DNA of 64,000 nt from the human T2T-CHM13v2.0 reference genome, Homo sapiens (GCF_009914755.1 NC_060941.1), one strand, 5' to 3'; counted from the first letter of the stretch, positions 1 to 60,918 are shown. Notes: a model not told the origin generated them from the sequence alone. Numbers and translations are program-made.

Positions 1-1
1 C

Positions 2-172
<171 letters not shown>

Positions 173-762
173 TCAGAGATGTTTTCCACAATGAAATTGA
201 CTCCAGGATTTGCTTCCAAAACAGAGAAGTCACTCGCAAGCAGAAAGCAGATACCTGGCGTAGGTGGGTGAAGGCCTGCTGGAATGCGCTGACGGGCTGG
301 TTTTGATCTGGGTCTAGGGAGAAGAGCACTTTGGGTGCCGTGAGCAGGCTGGTCTCCTGCAGGAGCCTCGCATTCTTCAAAAGTCCTTTTAATTAATTAA
401 TTTTTTTAGAAACAGGGTCTCACTCTTTCACCCAGGCTGGAGTGCAGTGGCACGATCATAGCTCACTGTAGCTTCAGTCTCCCAAGCTCAAGTAAGTGAT
501 CCTCTCCCCTCAACCTCTGGAGTAGCTGGGACCGCAGGCGAGCACCACCACACCTGGCTAATTTTGTTTATTTATTTATTTTTAGAGTAGTTCTCACTGT
601 GTTGTTGAAGCTGATCTCCGAGGCTCAAGCAATCCGTCCACCTCAGCCTCCCAAAGTGCTGGGATTCCAGGCGCAGTGGCCACCGTGCCTGGACACATTT
701 TGTTTTTATAGAAAAATATTCTGGAAAGAAACAGCCTAAACCCAGGAGGTAGCCCTTTTTCT

Positions 763-1062
<300 letters not shown>

Positions 1063-1613
1063 GAGGTAGCCCTTTTTCTAATATTTTCTTTTTTTAGAGG
1101 TGAAATTCACATAACAAAAAGTCAACCATTTAAAAGTGATAATTGGCCGTGCACGGTGGCTCACGCTTGTAATGCCAGTACTTTGGGAGGCCGAGGTGGG
1201 TGGATGACTTGAGGCCAGGAGTTCAAGACCAGCCTAACCAACATAGTGAAACTCCGTCTCTACTAAAAATACAAAACTTAGGCCGGGCACGGTGGCTCAC
1301 ACCTGTAATCCCAGCACTTTGGGAGGCCGAGGCGGGCGCATCATGAGGTCTGGAGTTCAAGAGCAGCCTGGCCAACACGGTGAAAACCCATCTCAGGTGC
1401 CTGCGTACTAAGACCTGTGTTCAGCAGCGGCGGCGGCGGCGGCGGTGGGCTCGGAGGCTCACAGCCAGTGGACAGGGTTGAGTCAGTGAGTTCGTGCGAG
1501 TTGGAATCGAAGCCTCTTAAAATGGCAGATGATTTGGACTTCGAGACAGGAGATGCAGGGCCTCAGCGACCTTCCCAATGCAGTCCTCAGCATTGTGTAA
1601 AAATGACTTTGTA

Positions 1614-2067
<454 letters not shown>

Positions 2068-2211
2068 TCATAACATGGATGTCCCCAGCATCAAAAGGAA
2101 TGACTTCCAGCTGATTGGCATCCAGGATGGGCACCTATCACTGCTCCAGGACAGCATGGAGGTGCGAGAGGACCTTTGTCTGCATGAGGGAGACCTTGGC
2201 AAAGAGACTGA

Positions 2212-2690
<479 letters not shown>

Positions 2691-3158
2691 TCCTCCTACA
2701 CAATTTATTTGATGTTTTATTTTGGTTTTTTGCATCACCTCAATCTGTTGGGGGAGCCCCTGCCCTTCACCTAGCTCCCTTGGCCAGGAGCAAGCGAAGC
2801 CGTGGCTTTGGGGAAGCTGCCCTCCTCTTCCCCCTCACACTACAGCCCTGCTCGGGGAGAAGGGGGTGGGTGCTGCTTGTGGTTTAGTTTTTGTTTGTTT
2901 GTTTTTGTTTTTTAATTCAATCTGGAATCAGAAAGCAGTGGATTCTGGCAAATGGTCCTTGTGCCCTCCCCACTCATCCCTGGTCTGGTCCCCTGTTACC
3001 CATAGCCCTGAGCACCACCCCAAAAGACTGGGGACCAGCCCCGTCCCCTGCCTGTGTCTCTCCCCAAACCCCTTCAGATGGGGAGGGAAGAGGAGGAGAG
3101 GGGAGGGGACCTGCCCCCTCCTCAGGCATCTGGGAGAGCCCTGCCCCCACGGGCTTTA

Positions 3159-3430
<272 letters not shown>

Positions 3431-3699
3431 TTAAATAAATAAATAAAAGTGGGCCGGGCGCAGTGGCTCACATCTGTAATCCCAGCACTTTGGGAGGCTG
3501 AGGTGGCCAGACCACCTGAGGTCTCGAGTTCAAGACCAGTCTGGCCAACATGATGAAACCCCATGTCTACTAAAAATACAAAAATTAGCCAGGCGTAGTG
3601 GTGGGTGCCTGTAATCCCAGCTACTCTGGAGGCTGAGGCACGAGAATCTCTTGAACACGGGAGGCGACAGTGCAAGACTCTGTCTCAAAAAAAAAAAAA

Positions 3700-4240
3700 A
3701 AAGTGATAATTCAGCAGCATTTAGTGCATCCATAGTGTTGCTCAACCACCACCGCTATCTAGTTCCGAGAGATTTTCATCACCCCAAAAGGAAACCCCGT
3801 ATCTATTAGGCAGTTACTCCCCATTTCCCCCTCCCCTGGGCCCCAGTAACCACCAATCTGCTTTCTGTCTCTGTGGGTTCTCCTGTTCTGAACTTTGCAC
3901 ACACATGGAATCATGCAACCGTTGCCCTTTGCGTCTGCCTTTTTGTTTAGTGGAATGTTGTTACGGCTCATCCCTGTTGCAGCCTGCATCTGTGCTCATT
4001 TCTTTCTAAGGCTGAGTAATATTCCTTATATGGATCAACCACATTCTATTTACCCATTCGTCCATTGATAGATATTTGGGCCGTTTCCACCATTTGGCTG
4101 TGGTGAATCACGCTGCCATGAGCGTGTGTGTACAGGTATCTGTTTGAGTCCCTGTTTTCTATTATTTGGTGTATGTCTAGGCCTGGAATTGTTGAGTCAT
4201 ATGGTAAGTCTGTTTAACTTTTTGAGGAACCACTAAATCA
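3700..4240 (-). mobile_element. Old L1 (L1M-type) 3' fragment
   Basis: Typical L1M 3'UTR antisense text (…ttttcatcaccccaaaaggaaacccc…, …tatttgggccgtttccacc…, …ggaattgttgagtcatatggtaag…). Confidence 0.7.
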
Positions 4241-4303
4241 GTATTTTCTTTCTTTCTTTTTTCTTTACTCTGAGGTCTACTGGTTTCACTTATTTATTTG
4301 TAA

Positions 4304-4667
<364 letters not shown>

Positions 4668-5052
4668 CTAAACCCAGCATCCTTTTTCTTTTTTTCCTGA
4701 GTCTCCCTCTGTCGCCCAGGCTGGAGTGCAGTGGTGTGATCTCGGCTCACTGCCACCTGCCACCTCCGCCTTCCTGGTTCAAGAGATTCTCCTGCCTTAG
4801 CTTCCCGAGTAGCAGGGATTATAGGTGGGCACCACCACGCCCGGCTAATTTTTGTATTTTAGTAGAGACAGACTTTCACCGTGTTGGCTACACTGGTTTT
4901 GAACTCCTGACCTCAAGTGATCCGTCCACCTGGACCTCCCAAACACTGGGATTACAGGTGTTTGCCACCGAGCCTGGCCAAACCAGTACCTTCTTAAGGC
5001 GCTTGATCAATGTCGGTTTCTTTCTTCCTCCTTGGACCTTTTCATCTCCCAG

Positions 5053-10144
<5,092 letters not shown>

Positions 10145-10803
10145 AATGAATCGTCCAGAGAGCCAAGCACGGCAGAGGACTGCAGGCCATCAGCGTGCAC
10201 TGTTCGTATTTGGAGTTCATGCAAAATGAGTGTGTTTTAGCTGCTCTTGCCACAAAAAAAAAAAAAAAAAAAAAAAGGGTAACTATGAGAGATGGTGGAT
10301 ATGTTAACTTGCTTCGCTATAGGAACCTTTGTGCTATCTATATTATCTATATGAATCCCATCATATCAGGTTGTCTACCTTAAATATACACAAAAACATT
10401 TATTTAAAAAAAAGAAAAAAGCCTGCCAGCTGGGATTCTTGGAGTGCTGGTGGCCTTCAGCAAACACAGACACTGTTGGTGTGAGGGCTTCAGGAGGGTC
10501 ACAGAAATAAGGGGGTCTGTGTGGCCCTGTCCTCGCCTCTCAGGTGCTGTCACATCTCTCTGGGTGTAGGGAGAGGGAGGGGGGCACACTGGGAAAAGGC
10601 CCAGCCCCTCCCCCCCACCTGCTCCCCTCTTCCCTGGAGAGGCACCCCACCTCCTGGTGGCCCAGTCCTATGGTTCAACTCTCACGTGGTCCAGCTCACC
10701 TGGGTTGACTCTGAGCCCCACCTGGCACACCTGCTGTTGTTAATCTGCACCTGCAACTAGCAAAGGGGGGTCTGGAATTCTTCCGGGTTCAGTCAGCCTG
10801 TGA

Positions 10804-11443
<640 letters not shown>

Positions 11444-11449
11444 TAGTAG

Positions 11450-11692
<243 letters not shown>

Positions 11693-11797
11693 TAGTAGAG
11701 ACGGGGTTTCACCATGTTGGCCAGGCTGGTCTCAAACTCCTGACCTCAGGTGATCCAACCGCCTCGGCCTCCCAAAGTGCTGGGATTACAGGTGTGA

Positions 11798-12149
<352 letters not shown>

Positions 12150-12712
12150 TAAGTGTGACGCCACACTGCCCTTCACAGCCTTGGGGCTCTGCCCAGACCA
12201 GGAGGAATGGGGAGGGGGTCTTTGACCCTACCCCAGGCTTAGCCCCAGAGAGGAGGAAAGAGTGGCAGGCCAGGCAGGGAGGGGCTCCAGGGTGTGGCCT
12301 GGGTTTTCCAGTGGGATGGGGGAGGGGTTGCTTATGAGCCTGGGTGGGTTCTTGGTAGGTGGTGGGCTTCCTAGAGGAGGCGGTGGGAGGGCAGGGGCAA
12401 AGAGGGTGAGCGGTCCTCCGTTCGTCCGTCTTCCCGGGGGACTCTCTGACCCTTTCTGGTCCGTGCTGCGGCCGGCGTGGCCCGGAGACTAGCCCCTCAA
12501 CCCCGAGGTGGGGTGGACCCGGGTGCTCCGCGGCCACAGCCCCTCCCCGCCTCTAGAAGCGCAGTCCCGCGGCTCGCCCGCCGCTCGCGAGGGCCGCACT
12601 TTGCCCTCGGTCCCTAGCGGCGCCTGGCCACGCCCCCGGCGGGTGGAGTCGGGCGGGGCGCCGGGCAGGTTCCTCTGCGTTCCGCGGCGGCGGCAGCGGC
12701 GGCGACGGCGAC

Positions 12713-16030
<3,318 letters not shown>

Positions 16031-16794
16031 GCGGCGGTTAGCGTGGGAAGGGGGACAGAGAGGGTCCTCCCCTCTGCCCTGGACTTTCCCATGAGCCTCC
16101 TGGAACTGCCAGCCCCTCTCTTTCACCTGTTCCATCCTGTGCAGCTGACACACAGCTAAGGAGCCTCATAGCCTGGCGGGGGCTGGCAGAGCCACACCCC
16201 AAGTGCCTGTGCCCAGAGGGCTTCAGTCAGCCGCTCACTCCTCCAGGGCACTTTTAGGAAAGGGTTTTTAGCTAGTGTTTTTCCTCGCTTTTAATGACCT
16301 CAGCCCCGCCTGCAGTGGCTAGAAGCCAGCAGGTGCCCATGTGCTACTGACAAGTGCCTCAGCTTCCCCCCGGCCCGGGTCAGGCCGTGGGAGCCGCTAT
16401 TATCTGCGTTCTCTGCCAAAGACTCGTGGGGGCCATCACACCTGCCCTGTGCAGCGGAGCCGGACCAGGCTCTTGTGTCCTCACTCAGGTTTGCTTCCCC
16501 TGTGCCCACTGCTGTATGATCTGGGGGCCACCACCCTGTGCCGGTGGCCTCTGGGCTGCCTCCCGTGGTGTGAGGGCGGGGCTGGTGCTCATGGCACTTC
16601 CTCCTTGCTCCCACCCCTGGCAGCAGGGAAGGGCTTTGCCTGACAACACCCAGCTTTATGTAAATATTCTGCAGTTGTTACTTAGGAAGCCTGGGGAGGG
16701 CAGGGGTGCCCCATGGCTCCCAGACTCTGTCTGTGCCGAGTGTATTATAAAATCGTGGGGGAGATGCCCGGCCTGGGATGCTGTTTGGAGACGG

Positions 16795-16800
16795 AATAAA
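16795..16800 (+). terminator. SYNGR2 polyadenylation signal
   Basis: AATAAA ~770 nt after the stop codon. Confidence 0.8.
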
Positions 16801-18852
16801 TGTTTTCTCATTCAGTCTCCAGTCATTGGTTGAGCCACAGCCTAGGGGTTGGAGGAAGACTCCACTCTGGGTACACCCTTAGGGGCTGGCTTTATGGAAC
16901 TTGTAGTTTGAACAAGGCAGTGGCAATCCGCCCCCTCCAGCCTGCCTGGCTGGCCCCCTTCCCTCTGTCTGGGGTCGCATTCCGCACAAGCCTTTCATCA
17001 ACATCTTAAAATAGTAACTGTGCTCAGCTTGTAAACAAGATGATTTTTCTGGCCTGCAGTGCCAGGGTCCTGCTGCTCCCTTCCTAGAGTGGGGGTGGGG
17101 GTACCTGGGAGTTGTCGGTGAATGCCCCTTTCTTGCACTGAATAGGGGTACCATAGGTAAGACCAGGTTTCTACCTTCCTCCAGGGTCAGCACCTCTGGA
17201 GCCTTCCTGGGACACGGCCTTGGCCGTCCAGCCCACCCCTCGGAGATAAGGCCCATCTCTGGAAGAGGTCAAGGCCCTAAAGCAACTTCTGGCTTCTTCT
17301 TTTGAGCAATGACAGAGGGAGCTGTCATCGGCAAGTCCCGATTGTTTAAAAATCCCCAGTACGAACTAACAGGGCACTGCTCCCAGCCTCACCCGATGGC
17401 TTTGGCTTGGGACACATCACTAGCGAAGGGGAGAGGGAGGCTGGGGAGGCCCTGGGAGTGGTGACCCTGCCTGCACAGGACACACCTTACCCCAGCGATG
17501 CTTGCCCCCAAGTGAGCTGCCAACAGCCCATCTCTGAGGCACAGCTGAGAGATGTCTTGACTCCTGAATTACCAAGAGTTTGTTTCACAAACAAAACCTG
17601 ACCTCACAGGCCCAGCGGGCAGGACAGTGCCTCTTCCTTCCAACTGGGCCCCGGGCTCCTCTGTACACCCATTTTTGTCCTGACACTGGCCCAGACAGGA
17701 AGGCAGATGATGTTCTGCTTAGGACACACCCCATGATCATTTCTCAGTTCAAGGGTTGTGGTTAAGAGATCAGTATTACTACAGAAAGATCTGGGGGCCA
17801 GGTGCAGTGCCTCACGCCTGTAATCCCAGCACTTTGGGAGGCCGAGGCAGGTGGATCACTTGAGGCCAGGAGTTCGAGACCAGCCTGGCCAACATGGTGA
17901 AAACTCGTCTCTACTAAAAATACAAAAATTAGCCAGGTGTGGTGGTACACGCCTGTAATATCGGCTACTTGGGAGGCTGACGGGGGAGAATCACTTCAAC
18001 TGGGGAAGCAGAGGCTGCAGTGAGCAGGGATTGCGTCACTGCACTCCAGCCTGGGCGACAGAGACCCTGTCTCAAAACAAAAGAAAAAAAGATCTGGAAG
18101 AAAATCCCCACCCAAATCAAGTTGGAGCTGTCCATGAGACCCAGGGAAACCCAGGTGAAAGAGAAATGTGCGTCCACCAACCAGTGAATTTTCAATTAGT
18201 TAATTTCATAAGCTACAGCAGAGGCGTGGACCCTGCCCTCTCCACACTTGAAGAGATAAGCCCCTGGGATCCAAGTCCCAGCAAGGTTGGTGCCACCCAT
18301 CTTGGTGAAAGATGCTGTTGTTCCTGTGGAAACCATCACCAGAGGTAGGAAGGGCTTTGAGCCCAAAAGGAAACAAGAGGGCGTGAATCCAGGCCATCCT
18401 CAGGGGAGGGTGGGAGCCCATCCCAGGCAGAGAGGCCTAAGCCTCAGTGTGGGCCAAGGCTCAAAGGTGCTGGCACAGGCTTCCCAGGGAGAACAGAAAC
18501 TCAGCAGTGAAAGCCGCAGAGGGGAAGAAGCAGGCTGATGTCAACAGCGTGGGGCTCTGTCCCTCACCCCAAGGAGAGGGAGTGTGCCAGATCCCAGGCC
18601 ACCAAGCGGGGCCAGCTCCAGCCTGGGCGATCGTCCCAGCAGCTGAGAGGGAAGCTTTAAGCAGACCAGTGGGTAGGAGAGGAGGGAGCATGCGGCAGGT
18701 GGGGCAGCCACACAAAGGAGAGTTCCCAGAAGGCCAAGGTGTGGTCACCCTCCACGCCTCCCGACTTCCTCCTGGAGTGGCTGGGCAGCATGCAGGGCAG
18801 CGTCCAGTAGGCGGCAGTGGCAGGAAGGGAGCGGGCGGCCCTCGCAGGTCCC

Positions 18853-31088
<12,236 letters not shown>

Positions 31089-31464
31089 TGCGCCTCCGGG
31101 AAGTTCACGAACCCGAGTACTCTCCAAGGCCGTCCCGCAGTAAGCCCCTGGTTCCCGCGCCGACCGCTTTAAACCACGGCGTGCTGGCCAATCACGAGCC
31201 GGCCCCGCCGCCATGGGGCCAATCAGCGCCCGGCCGCTGACCTGGCGGGAGATTTGGCCGCAGCCCGCCCCCTCGTGGGAGGAATCCGGGACGTGCGCCC
31301 AGGGACTGGGAGGGCCTGGAAATCAGGGCGATGGACGTGGCTGATCGGGGTGGGGCCTGGTCTGAGCCCCGCCTCGGTCCGCCCACCAAGTTTAAAGGGG
31401 CGGAGCGAGGCGGGGCTCTGGCCATATAAACAGAGGGACGCACGCCCATGCGGCTGTAGACGCC
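31089..31464. promoter_or_regulatory. TK1/AFMID bidirectional CpG-island promoter
   Basis: Head-to-head ATGs 376 bp apart; CCAAT at 31188 and 31219, E2F-like ttcccgcgc (31152) and tggcgggaga (31243), TTTAAA at 31168 and 31391, GC boxes, TATAAA at 31425. Confidence 0.9.
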
Positions 31465-51030
<19,566 letters not shown>

Positions 51031-51322
51031 TTCTGACGATACTTGGAGCCTGGTCCACGTGCATCCCACCTTGGGAAGCCTCTCCAAAGAGCTTTCGGAG
51101 CTGACACTGACAGCTTCAGTTTCCCCCAGCACCCAGGAGAGCCTTGCTGTGTCTGTCTGCCCGGCAAGAGTCCATTCTCACTGCTGGGACACTCATGAAA
51201 ATCTCCACGTCCTCCCTCTTCCCAGCCTGGATGGAGCTCCAGGGCTGGGGAACGTCCGCAAGTCAATGCTCAGAGATGCCCGGAGCTGCCTCTTAGACTC
51301 GTCTGGCCCATCTACCTGCTGA

Positions 51323-51674
<352 letters not shown>

Positions 51675-51769
51675 AGAATGGCATTATATTTAAATAGTTC
51701 ATAAAGAAGCACAAAAGAATATTATTTCATAACATGTAAAAATTATATAAAACGTAAATTTCCATGTTG

Positions 51770-51938
51770 ATAAATAAAGTTGTATTGGAACACGGCCCTG
51801 CTCGTTCATTTACGTATTGTCTAGGGCAGCTTTCAAGCTGCAGGGTGGAGCTGAGTGGTGGTGACAGTGACCTCCTGGCCCGTAGTGCCTGAAGCATTTC
51901 CTATCTGGCCCTTTTCAGGAAAAGTTTGCGGACCCCTG
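51770..51938 (+). mobile_element. MER58-like hAT element containing the probable AFMID polyA signal (AATAAA 51773-51778)
   Basis: aaataaagttgtattggaacac…tctggcccttt…aaaagtttgcggacccctg resembles the MER58 3' half. Confidence 0.65.
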
Positions 51939-52269
51939 GGTAAGGGCTTCCCCAAGCCAGCTACCCTCTGCCTTCTGCTTCAGTCTCCTGTCTGCTCTGT
52001 CCTCCATCTCCCTGACATTTGGGTCTGTCCCTGAATGCCCCGGGGTCTCAGCGTTGGGGCCAACACCTTGACCTTGACAGGACAATGCTACCCACATGTA
52101 GGACAAGCTTCCTCTGCACCCGAGAGTGGTGTGCATGTCCCAAGAAGCCAGCTATATCCATCCACCACCCACCCCACCACACCGCCTCTTTCTCTCACAC
52201 CGAATAGCATTCAAGAATTTCCACTGTGGGCTGGGCGCAGGGGCTAGTGCCTGTAATCCCAGCACTTTA

Positions 52270-52566
<297 letters not shown>

Positions 52567-52799
52567 TTACCTGTGTAACAAACCTGCACATCCTACACAT
52601 ATACCCTGGAACTTAAAGTAAAAGTTGGGGGGGGGGGTAAAAAAGAATTTCCACCGTGACATTATTGAGTATAGCAAAAAAAAAAAAAACAAGAAACAGC
52701 CTAGTGTTCATTAGGGAATAAACGCATTCAAGCAGCATCAAACCCTGCAGCCATTACAAAGAGATCTATGTTGACCATGTGGAATATCTCCAAGAGCCA

Positions 52800-53078
<279 letters not shown>

Positions 53079-53081
53079 TCA

Positions 53082-54157
<1,076 letters not shown>

Positions 54158-54524
54158 TGATAGAGATGGGGTCTCAGTGTTGCCCAGGCTGATCTTGAAC
54201 TCCTAGATTCAAGTGATCCTCCCTCCTTGGTCTCCCAAAGTGCTGAGATTACAGGCGTGAGCCACCGCCCCGGGCTGGAAAATACTTTTTTAAACGAGGG
54301 CAATGTGAATCTGAAATGCCATTTGAGGAAAGATCTGTTCGCCTGACATCCTGTTTGAGCCTGGGTGGACAGGACAGCACCTGCCAGCATCGGGAAGCAC
54401 TGCAGATGGGAAGAGGCTTGGTCACTCTCCAAAGGTGGCAGGAGTTGGAGGGGGTGAGCTGAAGGTAAGGAGAAAGGAGGTGGGGACCCAGGAGACAGGG
54501 GCTGCGCAGCGGGCTCGGGGCTGA

Positions 54525-54818
<294 letters not shown>

Positions 54819-54869
54819 TAGTAGAGATGGGGTTTCACCATGTTAGCCAGGACGGTCTCGATCTCCTGA

Positions 54870-55224
<355 letters not shown>

Positions 55225-55619
55225 TGAGCCACCGTGCCCAGCCTGACCCCTCTGCCCTTTCAAAAACTATGTTCGTTCTCTCACAGCCTTCTCTTGTCAT
55301 ATTAAGTCCACACCGCAGGCCTAATTTGTCCAGTGAATGCTATGCAAATATTTCATGCACCTGCTGATCGCAGGAATGATATGTACTTGGTACGCACTGA
55401 TCGTACCTCGGGGTGGGAGAAGAGAGGGCAAGGAAGCAAAGAATAGCCCCCTCCTTTCCTGGTGCACCTTCAGATGTGCCGATGGGGCCCAGGCTCGCTG
55501 CAGATGGCCCCCTTCCCAGAGACAGGGGAGGATCCTCCACCCACTCCCCAGCCTCCAGGACCATCCTGACTCCTGCCTTCAGGCACTCAAGTTATGCGTC
55601 TAGACATGCGGATATATTC

Positions 55620-56445
55620 AAGCTGGGCACAGCACAGCAGCCCCACCCCAGGCAGCTTGAAATCAGAGCTGGGGTCCAAAGGGACCACACCCTGAGGGAC
55701 TGTGTGGGGGTCGGGGCACACAGGCCACTGCTTCCCCCTGTCTTTCTCAGCCATTCCTGAAGTCAGCCTCACTCTGCTTCTCAGGGATTTCAAATGTGCA
55801 GAGACTCTGGCACTTTTGTAGAAGCCCCTTCTGGTCCTAACTTACACCTGGATGCTGTGGGGCTGCAGCTGCTGCTCGGGCTCGGGAGGATGCTGGGGGC
55901 CCGGTGCCCATGAGCTTTTGAAGCTCCTGGAACTCGGTTTTGAGGGTGTTCAGGTCCAGGTGGACACCTGGGCTGTCCTTGTCCATGCATTTGATGACAT
56001 TGTGTGCAGAAGTGAAAAGGAGTTAGGCCGGGCATGCTGGCTTATGCCTGTAATCCCAGCACTTTGGGAGGCTGAGGCGGGTGGATCACGAGGTCAGGAG
56101 TTCAATACCAGCCTGGCCAAGATGGTGAAACCCCGTCTCTACTAAAAATACAAAAAAATTAGCCGGGCATGGTGGCGGGCGCATGTAATCCCAGCTACTG
56201 GGGGGGCTGAGGCAGAGAATTGCTGGAACCCAGGAGACGGAGGTTGCAGTGAGCCAAGATTGTGCCACTGCACTGCACTCCAGCCTGGCGACAGAGCAAG
56301 ACTCTGTCTCAAAAAAAAAAAAAAAAAGTGAAAAGGAGTTGTTCCTTTCCTCCCTCCTGAGGGCAGGCAACTGCTGCGGTTGCCAGTGGAGGTGGTGCGT
56401 CCTTGGTCTGTGCCTGGGGGCCACCCCAGCAGAGGCCATGGTGGT
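55620..56445 (-). pseudogene. MED9 (Mediator subunit 9) processed pseudogene, Alu-interrupted
   Basis: Minus strand: ATG at 56439 MASAGVA…EERNNSF [Alu] [32 protein letters not shown]…GLLQKCQSLCTFEIPEK, matching recalled MED9 (MASAGVA…EENYSF…[31 protein letters not shown]…LLQKYKSLCMFEIPKE). Frameshifts, TAG>CAG at 55776-55774, MED9-like 3'UTR. Confidence 0.88.
56026..56325 (+). mobile_element. AluS inserted in MED9 retrocopy
   Basis: TSD aagtgaaaaggagtt at 56010-56024 and 56326-56340. Confidence 0.9.
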
Positions 56446-57120
56446 GCCAGGGCCCGGTTAGCGAGCCAATCAGCAGGACCCAGGGGCGACCTGCCAAAGT
56501 CAACTGGATTTGATAACTGCAGCGAAGTTAAGTTTCCTGATTTTGATGATTGTGTTGTGGTTGTGTAAGAGAATGAAGTATTTCGGGGTAGTATGGTAAT
56601 GCCTTCAACTTACAAACGGTTCAGGTAAACCACCCATATACATACATATACATGCATGTGATATATACACATACAGGGATGTGTGTGTGTTCACATATAT
56701 GAGGGGAGAGAGACTAGGGGAGAGAAAGTAGGTTGGGGAGAGGGAGAGAGAAAGGAAAACAGGAGACAGCGAGAGAGCGGGGAGTAGAGAGAGGGAAGGG
56801 GTAAGAGAGGGAGAGGAGGAGAGAAAGGGAGGAAGAAGCAGAGAGTGAATGTTAAAGGAAATAGGCAAAACATAAACAGAAAATCTGGGTGAAGGGTATA
56901 TGAGTATTCTTTGTACTATTCTTGCAATTATCTTTTATTTAAATTGACATCGGGCCGGGCGCAGTGGCTCACATCTGTAATCCCAGCACTTTGGGAGGCC
57001 GAGGCAGGCAGATCACTTGAGGTCAGGAGTTTGAGACCAGCCTGGCAAACATGGTGAAACCCCATCTCTACTAAAAATACAAAAATTAGCCTGGTGTGGT
57101 GGTGCATGCCTTTAATCTCA

Positions 57121-57267
<147 letters not shown>

Positions 57268-57856
57268 TTACTGTATTAAAGAATGAGGGCGGGGTGGGAG
57301 GGGTGGGGAGAGGTTGCAAAAATAAATAAATAAATAAATAAACCCCAAAATGAAAAAGACAGTGGAGGCACCAGGCCTGCGTGGGGCTGGAGGGCTAATA
57401 AGGCCAGGCCTCTTATCTCTGGCCATAGAACCAGAGAAGTGAGTGGATGTGATGCCCAGCTCCAGAAGTGACTCCAGAACACCCTGTTCCAAAGCAGAGG
57501 ACACACTGATTTTTTTTTTAATAGGCTGCAGGACTTACTGTTGGTGGGACGCCCTGCTTTGCGAAGGGAAAGGAGGAGTTTGCCCTGAGCACAGGCCCCC
57601 ACCCTCCACTGGGCTTTCCCCAGCTCCCTTGTCTTCTTATCACGGTAGTGGCCCAGTCCCTGGCCCCTGACTCCAGAAGGTGGCCCTCCTGGAAACCCAG
57701 GTCGTGCAGTCAACGATGTACTCGCCGGGACAGCGATGTCTGCTGCACTCCATCCCTCCCCTGTTCATTTGTCCTTCATGCCCGTCTGGAGTAGATGCTT
57801 TTTGCAGAGGTGGCACCCTGTAAAGCTCTCCTGTCTGACTTTTTTTTTTTTTTTAG

Positions 57857-58086
<230 letters not shown>

Positions 58087-58134
58087 TAGGCCTCTCAAAG
58101 TGTTGGGATTACAGGCGTGAGCCACTGCACCCGG

Positions 58135-58408
58135 CCTGCACGCGTTCTTTGAAAGCAGTCGAGGGGGCGCTAGGTGTGGGCAGGGACGAGCTGGCGCGGC
58201 GTCGCTGGGTGCACCGCGACCACGGGCAGAGCCACGCGGCGGGAGGACTACAACTCCCGGCACACCCCGCGCCGCCCCGCCTCTACTCCCAGAAGGCCGC
58301 GGGGGGTGGACCGCCTAAGAGGGCGTGCGCTCCCGACATGCCCCGCGGCGCGCCATTAACCGCCAGATTTGAATCGCCGGACCCGTTGGCAGAGGTGGCG
58401 GCGGCGGC
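58135..58408 (+). promoter_or_regulatory. BIRC5 TATA-less CpG-island promoter with CDE/CHR elements
   Basis: GC-rich; ATTTGAA (CHR) at 58367-58373 and GGCGG (CDE-like) runs before the ATG. Confidence 0.88.

Positions 58409-60918
<2,510 letters not shown>

Noticed and set aside
57660-57830. Coding-looking stretch upstream of BIRC5
   Set aside because: Translations did not resemble any protein I recognise and there is no clear exon structure.
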